A stretch of DNA of 53,243 bases, the filler included, from Sluysia triapertura (Eukaryota): assembly GCA_046118255.1 (NCBI GenBank). It is 4 parts of 4 records of this genome, joined end to end, with 100 filler letters (N's around TTAATTAATTAA, not from the genome) between each part and the next. Parts side by side here need not be neighbours in the genome. Positions count along the whole stretch, not along the records: positions 25,243 to 40,653 come from JBJNIA010229012.1; 3 more parts are not named here. One strand, written 5' to 3'. The notes under the pieces are model-generated. The model saw only the letters and a program-made list of their open reading frames with translations. It was not told where the DNA came from and did no database searches. The first letter of the stretch is position 1. The number at the start of each line of letters is the position of its first letter. Position numbers and translations under genes: made by a program. Of the stretch, positions 26,528 through 38,830 are shown piece by piece.

Positions 26528-27650
26528 ATGCCTAAAACAGTATTTTTATTTACATGATTGATGTTTTAACTATTTTATGTAATAGATAAATGTTAGCATA
26601 ACGACAATGGAGTCAGAATTACAGTTTTGTCTTCAGAATAAAACTGTTGCCAGACAATTATTTGAACAGGTTATCAAAACCATTGGTTTACGTGAAAGTT
26701 GGTTTTTTGGTTTATTATATAAAGACAATAATGAAAATTATTGTTGGTTAGATTTAAATAAAAAAGTGAGTAATTTTTTTGGCAATTTTGGAAATGAGGG
26801 ATTTGTAGAACTATAGGTTTATATTCAGTTTATAAATTAAAGTAATAACCATAAATATATGGTGGTTTTTAAATTTAATTGATTATTCATACGTAATTGT
26901 AAAGTTTTCATATTAAATGCATAAAGTTAATGCATGATTATTAAGTGCGTTATTTTTGTGAACACAAAGTTAAAGTTCTTTTATTTGTTACGAGGAAGAA
27001 GAAAATAACTAGAAATTAACTCAAAATCAATTAAAATTACATCTATTAAATTTATACGTTCAGAGTAATGTTAATTATTATTAATTATGCATTATTTAGA
27101 TTGTAAATATAAATGTGGACTTAAAGAAAATAATTCAATTTCAATTTCTGGTGAAATATTATCCAGAAGATGTAACTTCAGAAATAATTCAAGATATTAC
27201 TTTGAAATTTTTTTATTTACAAGTTCGAGAATCGATATTAAGTAGTGAAATATTCTGCCCCGCAGAAACAGCTTTATTACTTGCTTCTTATGCTTGTCAA
27301 GTAAAGTTTGGTGATTATAATCCAGAAATACATAAAGCTGGCTTTCTAAATCAAGAAAGGTTATTACCAACTAGGTTAATTTTGATAATAATTATTCACT
27401 AAACATAAATGATTGATAGAATCAAGAATCAATATAATTGGTCTGCTAATCAGTGGGAAGAAAAAGTCGTAAAGTGGTATTTGGAACACATGGGAATGTT
27501 ACGTGAAGAAGCTATGCTTGAATATTTGAAATTGGCGCAAGACCTAGAAATGTATGGAGTCAGTTATTTTGAAATTTTCAACAAAAAGAAATCAAAGCTT
27601 TTTCTTGGTGTAGATGCATTAGGATTAAGCGTGTATAAATATTCAGATAA
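26528..27650 (+). CDS. Moe: ERM family protein (moesin/ezrin/radixin), exons 1-4 covering FERM N and M lobes (26528-26539, 26586-26765, 27100-27374, 27420-27650); 3' part not found
   Basis: MPKT|[14 protein letters not shown]...[27 protein letters not shown]|..[45 protein letters not shown]..|..[34 protein letters not shown]; GT-AG introns of 46, 334 and 45 nt in frame; MPK start fits ERM rather than merlin. Confidence 0.96.
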
Positions 27651-28779
27651 GTAAGTTATTGATTGTTTTTATTTTTAATCATTTGAATTATCTAAAAATA
27701 TTGAGTTATTTATGTTAATAATAGTAAAGTTGGATCATAACATGCCATTTGTAACTGTATTTGTTGGATTTAATAAATTCTTAAACTTTAATTAATTTTA
27801 GTTTAAAAAAGTAATGAAATTCTAACAAAAGTCTAATCTTTATTTATAATTAACGTTTAAAACTTATTCAAAGATTTAAATTAAACAGTATTTGTCTTTA
27901 TTCACTATGCACGATGCATGATTTTATTAAACATTATTGTCGACTCTGATCGTGAAACTTTGAAATGCTTCACTACATGGTTGATCTTTTGCACTAAAAT
28001 GTTTAGTTATAACTTCTAACGAAATTAGTAAGAAAATCCTTGATTTTAATCTGTAAAATGTCTTTTTGTAATTTTGAAAAACATACTATTCGAAAGAGTT
28101 TATTAATCTGTCAGTGTTTCGGATGATAGAAATAAAGTTGGTTCATGATGAACTAAGTTAACATTAATTTGACCAATGGTTTGAGGCTCATGATATATTC
28201 TTGATGTATTTTCAAAATGATTCAGAGAAATCACGATTTATCAATTATTCGTTAATTTATAATTATAATTATAATTGGGTTATAATTCGTGAAGTTATAG
28301 TTATAATTAAGGTTCATTTTGATAAAGTTTTTGCGTTATTTATATATTTGATATTTTCTTAAAAGTTTTTGAATTTTATAAGTGTCCACTAGAAGTGGTC
28401 TTATATATAATAACGAATCAGATAAAGAAAACAAGGATCCAATGGAAGAAAACACGATAACTCGTAAGCAAACGTCAGAACTCATATCAGAGATGAATCG
28501 TCCAATTCTTAACCAAAACTTAAAAATAGAGAAGTTCGCAGGGGATGGAAAGATACTTTTAGATTTTATAAGTGAATACAACGAAGAAGCAGAGAGAAAA
28601 ATGTATAAAGTTCCCTTCAAACTTAACAGGACATGCGTCCAATGTTAATATTATTATTAATAGACAATACTAATGACACGTTACCATTGGGAAATATTGA
28701 AAATTCAGAAATTCAGAACCCAAATGACAGAGAGGTATTAACTATACCATATGATATTGACGAATTACAAGATGAAGTG

Positions 28780-29095
28780 ATGTTAAGAGAACAGAGAAAT
28801 GATAAAAATATTAAACTCATTATTAACGCTATACAAAGTGCTAACGCGACAGAACGTATTTTCCAAGGCCATGAATTACAAAATAATTTATTAAAATACA
28901 AAGTAAACAATAAGTTGTTAATCGTTACATCCAGCTCGAGGAAAACCGTTATACTAATTCATTACCATCGTGGAGAGTTTGGGGATCATCTTACAGTAGA
29001 TAAAACTTTAAACAGAATTAAGAAAAAATATTATTGTGACAGAATGGATCAAGAAATAAGCAAATGGTACCAAGAATGTAAAATGTGCAATTTTT
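28780..29095 (+). pseudogene. extra integrase-type HHCC zinc-binding domain without catalytic core (element A)
   Basis: EQRNDKNIKLII...LLKYK...ILIHYHRGEFGDHLTVDKTLNRIKKKYY...KWYQECKMC parallels the true IN N-domain at 31910-32215. Confidence 0.8.
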
Positions 29096-29207
29096 GGAAT
29101 ACACCGACAGAATACACAATAGCTAATCAATATAACAACAGTTTTATCAAACAGAATTTCGTCTGGCAGGAAACACATCAATACCCATATGCAGACTGTA
29201 CCAAAAA

Positions 29208-29490
29208 GTAACCATTAACGGAAAAATAATACAAGGATTAATCGATACAGGATCGGATGTAACCATCAGAAGATATAATAGTATACTTGAACATGAAAGA
29301 GTAAATCTAATAGAGGTATTTGACACATTTGAAGGAATAGATAGATCAACTACTATATTTAATCGGTAAGAAATAGAAGTAGATTTACAACAAAAAATAT
29401 TTCGTGTAAAATTAGCAGGAGTACATGACTGCCCCGAAGAATTAATAATAGGTATGGACATTTTAGACAAAATCCCGATGTACTGATAAA
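29208..29490 (+). pseudogene. retropepsin-like aspartic protease 1 (element A)
   Basis: VTINGKIIQGLIDTGSDVT ... VHDCPEELIIGMDILDKI. Confidence 0.88.
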
Positions 29491-30255
29491 TAAAGGTATC
29501 GAGTTAAAAAGCGGATTATACATGCAAAGCGCGAGACTACAAGAAAGTCTATGTATGCTACAACTTAAAGAAAAAAATAGGCACATGTTCCAAGGGAGAG
29601 ATGGATATGTTAAACTAGGAGATCTATCCAAAGAATTGGAGAAAGCCTTAAAAAATCCTAATGATATGGATAAATTAGAAACTATTATAAACACTATTAT
29701 GAATTCTCACGATCCATTACATGAATATCCGCAACTGAAACAAACTAAACAGATCAATGCAAACATGGCCATTAAAACATAAAAAGAAAATTTTTGAACT
29801 ATTTAACAAAATCGGAGATATAGAAAGAGACTACTATCGAGAGAAAACTGAGAGTTAAAATAAGAATAGAAGAAACGAATCAAGTAATAGACAATATACT
29901 AATTTCAAAATTAGTATAACAATATACTCATTACAAAACTATGTGAAATATTATTTAAATACTACTCAACCAGTAGAAATGTATTATAGAGACAGAGTAC
30001 GGATTATATTTAATAGATTATGGATTTCCAATAAATTATTTAAATGAAGAAGATGAAATCTGTGCTGTAATAAGGAAAGATGAAAATAGTAATTCAGATC
30101 CTAACAACACTCAGTGTAATAATGAGATAAACCAAAGATATTTCAACTAGGTGTACAGAGAAATGGAAATAGCGAGTCAAAGACGAGGACTACTATTAAG
30201 GGGAGTAGGAGAATTCTATTACATGATGCAGCAAGAAGATAACTGTACAAATGCA

Positions 30256-30545
30256 TTCCATACAACAGTAGAATTCAATAAGGAAAAATACGAAGCTTTA
30301 TTAGATACTGGTGCAACGCACTCTCTTCAATAGTCGAATCCTGAACAACGATACGATCAATAAAATAGTGCCTCATAATAAAACAGTAACAACTATAGGA
30401 CAAAATCATTTTAGGGAAACTAAAATGTGACATTTCAATCGCAGGTCATATGATACAGTGTACGTCTAGGGTTATAAAACATTGTCCCTACAACATAATA
30501 ATCGGAATGGACATATTGATACAAATTCCAGAAATACTAATAGAA
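30256..30545 (+). pseudogene. retropepsin-like aspartic protease 2 (element A)
   Basis: VEFNKEKYEALLDTGATHS ... VIKHCPYNIIIGMDILIQI. Confidence 0.9.
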
Positions 30546-31199
30546 AAACGAATAGAATTAAGAAATGTGGGAAAAAGAACATTGTTTCATAAAAGAGACA
30601 AATATAGATATTATGAAGCATGTGATCTACGAGAGAGACTAGCAGAAGCTCTCAAAGCTCCAGTGGATGCAAAGGAGTTAGAAACCACAATTAATACCAT
30701 CTTAAACTCAAACGAACCATTGCATGAATATACGCCTCTAAAACACCGACTACTTGATGTAGTTCAATCATGGATGCCTAGTCGAAGAAAAAAGATATAT
30801 CAATTATTACGAGAGATAGGAGACAGAAAGATTTGTATATAAATACAAGCGAATTCGAATAAGAATGAACATAGTGGAAATAGGAATGATATCGAGAATT
30901 TGATATAGGTATGGATATAAGTTTATTGAAAAATGTAGAAGTTAAAGCAAATATACATACAAGTGTAGACGTATTACAGAGATAGATATTTAATAGATCC
31001 TGCATACGTATTAGATTATGGTTACCCAATAGACTACTTAACTGCAGAAGACAAAATAACTGTAGTAATTCCACATGACGAGAATGGAGGACGACATAGA
31101 ACGAATCTATTCGACAATTACATCGAAATATGGAGAGAGGACGAAATACGAAACCAAAGAGGGAATAAATTCCTACAAACAAGAACAAACGGTCATATG

Positions 31200-33110
31200 T
31201 ACCTCTCCAGACCCAAAGAAAATAGAGAAAGTTAAATTATTTCCAACCCCTACTAAACAAGTAGAAGCAAAAGCTTCCCTCGGTTTGGCCAATTACTATA
31301 GAAAATTTATAAAGAACTTCGCAACGATTGCCAGACCATTAACTGAATTAACTATAAAGGACTATAAAGACGTGAGGGAGAAGGGCAAATTAATCAAAAA
31401 TTTTATTTGGAACGATAACCACGAAAAGGCATTTTAATCTCTAAAAACTGCACTTACAACAGCTTCGATTTTACGATTTCCCGATATGGAAAAACCATTC
31501 ATACTCATGACAGATGCGAGTGATTTTGCCATTGGGGAAGTCCTCGGACAAAAAGATAAAAAAGAAAGCGTCATCGCGTACCGAAGTCGTAGATTGAACT
31601 CATGTGAGAATAGAAAAAGAATGTTTGGTAATTATCTACGCACTGAAACAATTTAGGCAATATCTATTGGGTCATAAAATATATTTATACACGGATCATA
31701 AACCCCTAATGTATTTACGGGATATTCGAAACGTAACCGGCAGATTAGCCAGATGGAGTTTAGCATTAGCGGAATATGACATAGAGACAACTTACAGGAA
31801 AGATGCATACAATAAAAATGCTGAATTCATGTCAAGACTCGAAAACGTCAACAAAAAAGGAGATACATGCACAATGGTAGTGAACCTAAGCAATAACGAA
31901 AAATCCATGGCACAAGCGCAAAGAGAGGATCCAGAATTGAAACTTATAATAGATCTTATCATTGATAACGAGATAACCGATGAATTAGCTGCCAAATGGA
32001 ATCTAGAAAATAGTCTACTGAAATACGTAACCAGGGAAGGACTACGAACTGTAGTACCAGAAACACGAAAAGTTGCTTTACTGATTCAATACCACGACGG
32101 TCAATTAAGTGGACATCTATCAGCCGGAAAAACATTAAAAGAGATCGAACAAAAATATTATTGGAAAAGAGAAGACGTTAAAGAATGGTGTAACACTTGT
32201 CATATATGCACATCAAGAAAAAATACAGGGACGAAAACGAAAACACCTTTGCAACCAATGCCAGTACCAACGAGCCCGATGAAGATAACAACAATGGACA
32301 TTCTAGGACCATTACCAACTACATCGAGGGGAAATAAGTATTTTCAGACTATCAAACAAGATGGCCTGAAGCCTTTCCTATGTAGGATCAAAAGGCGGAA
32401 ACAGTAGCACAACTATTTGTTGAAGAAATAGTATATCGTTACGGAGCACCAAAAAAATTACTTACCGATAGAGGAAAGAATTTCGTAAGTGAAACTTTGA
32501 CCGCCGTCACAAAATTCTTTGGAATGATCAGAATATACACTTCGCCGTACCATCCACAAACCGATGGACTAGTAAAACGGTTTAATAAGACATTAGCAAA
32601 CATGTTACAATCTTATGTGAACTCCAAGCAAACAGACTGGGATCTGTGTATAAAACCGTGCTTATTTTCAAACAGAAATGCAGTGTACTCAACCACAAAA
32701 GAAACACACAAACATGCCGATCGATCTGGATTGGTCAGGTTCTCAATCACAATATATGGAAGCCCCAGATTATTTGGCGATACTAAAATCTCGTCTGAAT
32801 GAAGCATGGACAAAAGCTGGTCTAAATATAAAACATAATCAAGAAAAAATGAAAGAATATCACGATAAAAAGGCTAAGCCTCATAATTTCAGAATAGGAG
32901 ACAAGGTCTTAATTTACGATTCTGTAATATCAAAAGGACAGTCACCCAAATTGAATAGACCATTCAAAGGTCCATGCGAGGTCGTAAATACCACTCCTAC
33001 TAACCTAGAAGTAATATCAAATAAAAATTCTAAGAAAACCAAGATTGTACACTCTAAAAGGTGCAAAATATCAGTAAAGGAATCTCTCTATAACCTTCGA
33101 TCTAAAGAAA
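31200..33110 (+). pseudogene. pol: pol remnant: RT thumb/connection, RNase H, integrase with GPF/Y module
   Basis: ORFs 31075-31437, 31604-32407, 32497-32802 and the 5' part of 32678-33733 carry canonical Ty3/gypsy motifs. Confidence 0.95.
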
Positions 33111-34963
33111 AAGGTACAATATGTATGATACAAACTGACAGTGCCAGGCGGAACGCTTATTCTAACAAAAGACAAATCTTCCAAATGTTATTATTACTTC
33201 TCATTCTGAACGCCTTAATTACTGGTACCAATTCATGCAAAACAAGAATAGACGAGAGCCCCGTGAAATTTGAGAGATTCAATAACCAACTTTTAGCTTA
33301 TCTTAAAAATAACGCCTCAAGCGCTTTACTTCACTGTAAACCCTCATGCTATCGTCATTCATGCAAAATTGTTACAACCATAGTATACCTTAACAAGAGG
33401 GACCCATTATTTTCAATTTTATGCGACGGTAAGGACACATGCACATGTTACTGCACAGTAGTAAGGGAATCTTATATATGGATGCTACATTACCCCAACT
33501 ACGAAACAAATACTACTAATAATCTAGCGGTACTAATAATCATTATTCAGTTTAACAATGATAATCCCGCTTCTTTTCCTTTTGTTTCTATTATTAACCC
33601 CTTTTTATTAACACAATTTTTTAAAAAAAACCGACCAAAAAAATCAATTTTTTTATTTAAGAAAATACATATTTTGACCTTAATTTCAATAAATATTAAG
33701 TTATTTTTAATGCCCGGATATATTCGAATCTGAACATTTTAGCGACATAAGTTGCGATGCCGACCGTATATATAAGGGTCTGCATATTTTGTCCGGTTTT
33801 GCATGCCCATGTTAATACGTTAAGGGGTTAATCCTTTTGCTATTCATCCGAAAAGGATGGAAAACCTAGACTTTACAAAAAATCAAAACCCCGTCTTAAA
33901 ATGAAGCAACGACCAATACTTCAATGCCCCCATCATACTCATTTAATCTACCACTTATGAACACCAATTTTATTTTTACTTAGAATCATCGCATGTACTT
34001 ATTCTTAAAATTGGACATCGCATTTAATATATTCCCTTAAATTACACGAAATTTCCATTTATGCCAACCATTATAGTAACCTATCTTTGCGAATCACAAT
34101 TTCCAGAGAGTATTTCAATTTTACGATCGAAAATACACCTAATTCGGAACTGTTAGCCAATTTTAAACAATTACGACCTAATCGGATATATAATGTATCT
34201 ATTACTAACCTTAATCCTGTTTATAGAATGAATCAACCAATAATTCATTACATTAAGTTCTTTCTTAAAACGAACGACTTTCCGCAGGCAGACGAAACGA
34301 TTAAGAGAGTAACCAACTATCTATAGATCAAAACTACATCGGACTCCATAAAGTCATCTTTGTTTATTATACCATTCATTGTCCTCATTAAGTGCCCTAA
34401 TTTGAAGATAAAAGTCGTAGGCGAAAATCATCCTGCCGTATGTAAACAGTTACTGCCCGAAACATACCACAAAATACCTATTTGGATACCAATTTTCATG
34501 GAACAACGATCTAGAAAATTCGAAAATTTTAATCTCCCTACGAAACAGGAGATTATGACATACTGTACTATATGATAACGGACCCCGATGATAATTATCT
34601 ATATTTTGACGGTGCCAAAAATAATTCCGAAACTATAAAACTTTTCACTTACAACTCCTCTCTTAACAATTAACGAATCACAAAATTTAACTAGCTTCCA
34701 AAGCCCGTCAATGAATCTTACAGCAAAGGTAGCCTATCTAAAAGAGGACAATGCATGCACCTATCCGACTAATTTAATGAAGATATTACTGATAGCCGTA
34801 GGCGTGCAACTTTTATGAATTACGATTTCTATGATATTATCTATTTGGCAATGGTCAAAACCTATGACAACTCATAAAAAGCACAATGACAACCCGGCTA
34901 TTAGCAGTCCAATACGCTTAATGACATTAGGAAATCCTAATCTTGATAAATTCTATGTTTATC

Positions 34964-35240
34964 AATTCATGCGCTTACAGACACCGCCGCACCCTATACT
35001 ATGAGACGTTTTGAGTCATTACAAGTACAGGAATTACCCTTTCTCAGGTCAACTGCTGGTCGGTTGATCGATGCTATGGGTCGCGAACTGCCCATAATAG
35101 GCATAATTTCCAATTAGGTCGAAATTCTCGATAGGAAAATAATAACCACTTTTGTAGTCATACGATGATGTCCCACCTCTTGTATTATAGGTCTAGACAC
35201 AATTCGCGCACTAAATAACCTAGTAGTTCATCCTATTACC
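34964..35240 (+). pseudogene. retropepsin-like aspartic protease 3, downstream of integrase (element A)
   Basis: IHALTDTAAPYT...RLIDAMGRELPIIGII..VEILDRKIITTFVVIR*CPTSCIIGLDTIRAL: ALxDT(G>A)A site, flap region and IIGLD motif; not in the supplied ORF track. Confidence 0.75.
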
Positions 35241-35308
35241 GTACTTACTCTTATGTACCCTTTAACCTGTTACCATAACTTATGCCTACAAATACGTTAA
35301 TTCCATCT

Positions 35309-35450
35309 AAGGAAGGCGCATCTGATACACATTTTCTTTTATAATTATAAACGCATGTTATAGTTAGGAATTGTAAACATATGAATATACATTTTTCTTA
35401 ATCACTTACTATAGTTAGGGAATTGTACATATATTGTTGTTTTAACACTC
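35309..35450 (+). promoter_or_regulatory. putative polypurine tract and start of 3' LTR of element A
   Basis: AAGGAAGGCGCA-tc-TGATAC (TG at 35323) soon after the last coding remnant; duplicated TATAGTTAGG(G)AATTGTA motif follows. Confidence 0.45.
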
Positions 35451-35754
35451 GGGTAATAATATTGAATGCAATAATATTGAGGTATGTGTGGTGATACAGC
35501 CTCATAAAGTAAACACTACCCTTACTTTAATCAAAAATCACACAAACTTCATTACAAAAGTCACACTAAAATATTGTAAATTTGTAATCTTTACAATATT
35601 ACACCCTTTCCTAATTAACAAAACATAGACGCATAATAAACTCTAACATTTTTTTAATTGCTGTTTATTGATATAGAAGTAACAATTGTCGCTACGTCAT
35701 CACCACGTCAACATCACTCCTTTACTGTATCCTTTTTATACAGAATTACTGTAA

Positions 35755-36273
35755 ATGCTTCATACATTGTGTAATATTTTATATTCAAGATTTATACAGT
35801 ACTTTCGTAAAGACATTCCAAGCAATTATGTAAACAATTCGGTAACTTCCTATCACACACTAACAGATTACACAGATCTATGCGATGATTTGATCGGTGT
35901 TTACAAAAACAAAGTGTTTGGTAAACTTACAGTATCAGAAATGGTTCATTTTAATGCCAGTAAATTAGTATATTTAAAATATGGTACATTATTTAATGGG
36001 ATATTGTTGAAATCTGTTGAAAATTGTACTATAAATGAATTTTATACAATACCAAATAATACGCCTTCTCAATTTTATTCATATAAGTTCTTTATGCATA
36101 CTCTACCGCCATATCGGTTCAGTAGTCCAACAACCATCTTCAATGATAATCGTCACATATTAACCAGTAACAAACACTGTCATATTGTTTTTCGAAAAGT
36201 TATTTCATCTATGAAACGTAACAATGTATTGCCTATAGATTCAAACTTAAGTTTAGTCCTGATGATATTATAA
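35755..36273 (+). CDS. hypothetical protein (172 aa ORF)
   Basis: Long ORF for this AT content; no family recognised. Confidence 0.3.
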   Translation: MLHTLCNILYSRFIQYFRKDIPSNYVNNSVTSYHTLTDYTDLCDDLIGVYKNKVFGKLTVSEMVHFNASKLVYLKYGTLFNGILLKSVENCTINEFYTIPNNTPSQFYSYKFFMHTLPPYRFSSPTTIFNDNRHILTSNKHCHIVFRKVISSMKRNNVLPIDSNLSLVLMIL

Positions 36274-36449
36274 GTTTTGCTAATATTATCATTTAAAATG
36301 TTCTCGTTTGTGTTTAATTTTTATTATAAATATCTTTAAATATTTTTGGTAACACTTAATTACATTTTAATATGAATACTAGTTTGTTTGAATATTGACA
36401 CACAAAAATTATTAATCCTGTTTCTTTTTATTTTAAATATTTTAAAGAC

Positions 36450-37235
36450 ATGATTGAGCAAAAATTTGAAATTAACATAATCGGTGAGTTTGTGAAATCA
36501 ATGGAATATCAAGTCGAAAATGAAATTAACGATTTTAAAGTACCTGAACATTATAAATTTGGTATCTATTACGGCGAAGGATACGATTACGTGCAACAAT
36601 TAGTCAGTATGAAAGATTTCAAAAATCTAAACCTTGAGTTACCACAACAAATGAACAGTGCCAGTTTTGAAGAATTATGTTGCAATTCGACTCGTTCATT
36701 TCAAATAGAATCATATGTGAGTCAATCTTCACTAGTTTCTGAGAAATCGGTTATTAAAAGTTGTAGATCGAAACAAGATTTGAAGTATCAGCATTGTTGT
36801 TCAAGTTGCGTATGGAGTTTGTGCTTAGTTGGGTACTTGACCGAATATTTAAATTTAAATTTACAGGCGAGGAATCGTAATGACGAATGTCCTGTTAGAC
36901 AGAGACAGGGTTTTAGAAACCAACAAAGTTTAAAAATGGATGATAGAAGTAATTACTGCTCGTTCACTAGTGGACAACAGCTAGAAATTATAAGAGATTC
37001 TAAAATTTCGATTGATGAACTCCCAGTAGAAGTTTACTTACATTTGTTAGACTTATCTACAATTTTATTTAGTGTATTAGTTAGTTATTGTGTATCATCA
37101 ATAACCATGGTTTGTAATAATATAATCAATTCATGTTACTTTTATTATGTTCGCCCACTAAGACAAATATTATGTACCTTTATGTGCCTTAAGCACAAAA
37201 TTATTGATAAAGATTGTACACAACCAAAATTTTAA
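36450..37235 (+). CDS. hypothetical intronless protein (261 aa) with Cys-rich patches and a C-terminal hydrophobic segment
   Basis: ATG-initiated 786-bp ORF flanked by AT-rich DNA, AATAAA downstream near 37273. Confidence 0.55.
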   Translation: MIEQKFEINIIGEFVKSMEYQVENEINDFKVPEHYKFGIYYGEGYDYVQQLVSMKDFKNLNLELPQQMNSASFEELCCNSTRSFQIESYVSQSSLVSEKSVIKSCRSKQDLKYQHCCSSCVWSLCLVGYLTEYLNLNLQARNRNDECPVRQRQGFRNQQSLKMDDRSNYCSFTSGQQLEIIRDSKISIDELPVEVYLHLLDLSTILFSVLVSYCVSSITMVCNNIINSCYFYYVRPLRQILCTFMCLKHKIIDKDCTQPKF

Positions 37236-37832
37236 ATTATTTAAACTTTTTAAGACCTTTCCGATTTTTAATAATAAAAATAGTAAACTGTTAACTACAA
37301 AAATCTTTGTCAATAACGTCACAATTGACAAGTTTGTAACATCAAAACAATTTCAAACCTGACTTACAATTTTAAATTTTAATAAATTGACCTTCATTCA
37401 CCAAATTAAAAAATTTGATGCGTCACAAAACTTTCGCATTGTGATTTTAAATTGCTTTAAAAATGTTGGCAACTACCTCAAATGAATTTTATTCTGGTTT
37501 TAAGTAACTCCTACTTGTACAATTAGATTATATTTATGCTTAGGAATATATACATTTAAATAAATGACATTTACATAAACGTTTAAAAAGTTTGGAGTAT
37601 TATATAAACAAAATTTAGAAATCCTAGTAAGCATTTTGGTTTTAGCAGAAATAAAAAATTAAATTATTAGATTTTAGAAAGTTAAAGTAAAATTATTTAA
37701 ATTTAAGAATTTAATATTTAACCGAAACACTGTTATTTTAATATTCCAGAACAAAATAGTTATTTATGAACCTCGTTTGTATATAAAAACCAAATTTTCT
37801 ATTTATAATTTATAATAAAATTAATACTAAAA

Positions 37833-38375
37833 TTAGAAAAAGTTTCCATCAAAGTTGTTTTGAATTTTAGTATCAACACTATCTTGTAAAGCAAAGTCGG
37901 AAGAATAAAACTGTTGGCAAGATTGATTAGAGTTATTAGATGTAAAATTTTTATTATTTATTCGAGGAAAAGTAAATCTATGACAACATGTCATTACTGC
38001 TCCTTTAGCATGTCTTTTTGAACAAATCCAGTTATCGGATGAAATATTGTTTGAAATATCTTTAGCATCATCTGGATCATATAAATCTGGAAACTCTACA
38101 CAAGGGGGCATCTTTTTTCCATAGCAACAACACGGATGTCTACCACGCCACTTGCAATCGTATTCAATTAATTCATCAATTGTTTTATACCAAAGTTCGT
38201 CATACATTTCAAAATTATTTTCTATTTTTTCTGTAGACAATTTATTCTTTTCTACATGTACATAATTATTTTCTTTCACCGGAGGTACATTAAAGCGTAC
38301 TTGTAAAAATGCCGGCCATGGAATGAAATTCTGAATTGTCAAAAAATAAATGTAAAAATATCTTATCAAAATCAA
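37833..38375 (-). CDS. hypothetical Cys-rich protein, probable terminal exon
   Basis: 180-codon ORF with WRGRHPCCCYGKKMPPC and WICSKRH..MTCCHRF; possible acceptor (attcag) near 38331. Confidence 0.5.
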   Translation of the reverse strand: MILIRYFYIYFLTIQNFIPWPAFLQVRFNVPPVKENNYVHVEKNKLSTEKIENNFEMYDELWYKTIDELIEYDCKWRGRHPCCCYGKKMPPCVEFPDLYDPDDAKDISNNISSDNWICSKRHAKGAVMTCCHRFTFPRINNKNFTSNNSNQSCQQFYSSDFALQDSVDTKIQNNFDGNFF

Positions 38376-38830
38376 TAAGCATAAAAAGTGGATCTAAGAA
38401 GTTCTCATGAAAAGGATTATTTTGTAAGTGAGAAAACTTTTAAATAATACAAGATTGTAAAAAAACTAATTATTTATCTATAAACATCAAATAAAAATAT
38501 TAGTTAAGTGGACAAGAGATAACATGACCAAAAGGCAACTAAGCACACAAATTTATAACGTATTCTCCATTCTATTACAAATTTTCTTTACAAAACATTT
38601 GTTTTTTGTCAACCATATTTTGATAATTATTACTTCATTATAAAATTTTGGTTTTAGTTTTATTTCTTTTCTTTGTATTCTTTGAATTTCTTTTAACGAT
38701 TTTGCTTCTGTTTTTTCATCTCTACCCAAATCTTTCCTTCAACGCATCGTGTGGTCGATTTCTCTTTAATAACCATGTAATCTCTTCTATAAATAAATTT
38801 GTAAACTAATTTTTTGAATTTTACATCAAA

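Larger units (their letters stand above)
28382..35450 (+). mobile_element. decayed Ty3/gypsy LTR retroelement A with expanded polyprotein
   Basis: Gag-like N-terminus, HHCC domain, proteases, RT thumb (LGLANYYRKFIKNFATIARPLTELT), RNase H (TDASDFAIG, EKECL, YTDHKPL, RLARW), integrase (MDILGPLP, LTDRGKNF, SPYHPQTDGLV, KLNRPFKGP) in RT-RH-IN order, then a purine tract and TG; many stops and frameshifts; RT catalytic core and 5' LTR not seen. Confidence 0.92.
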
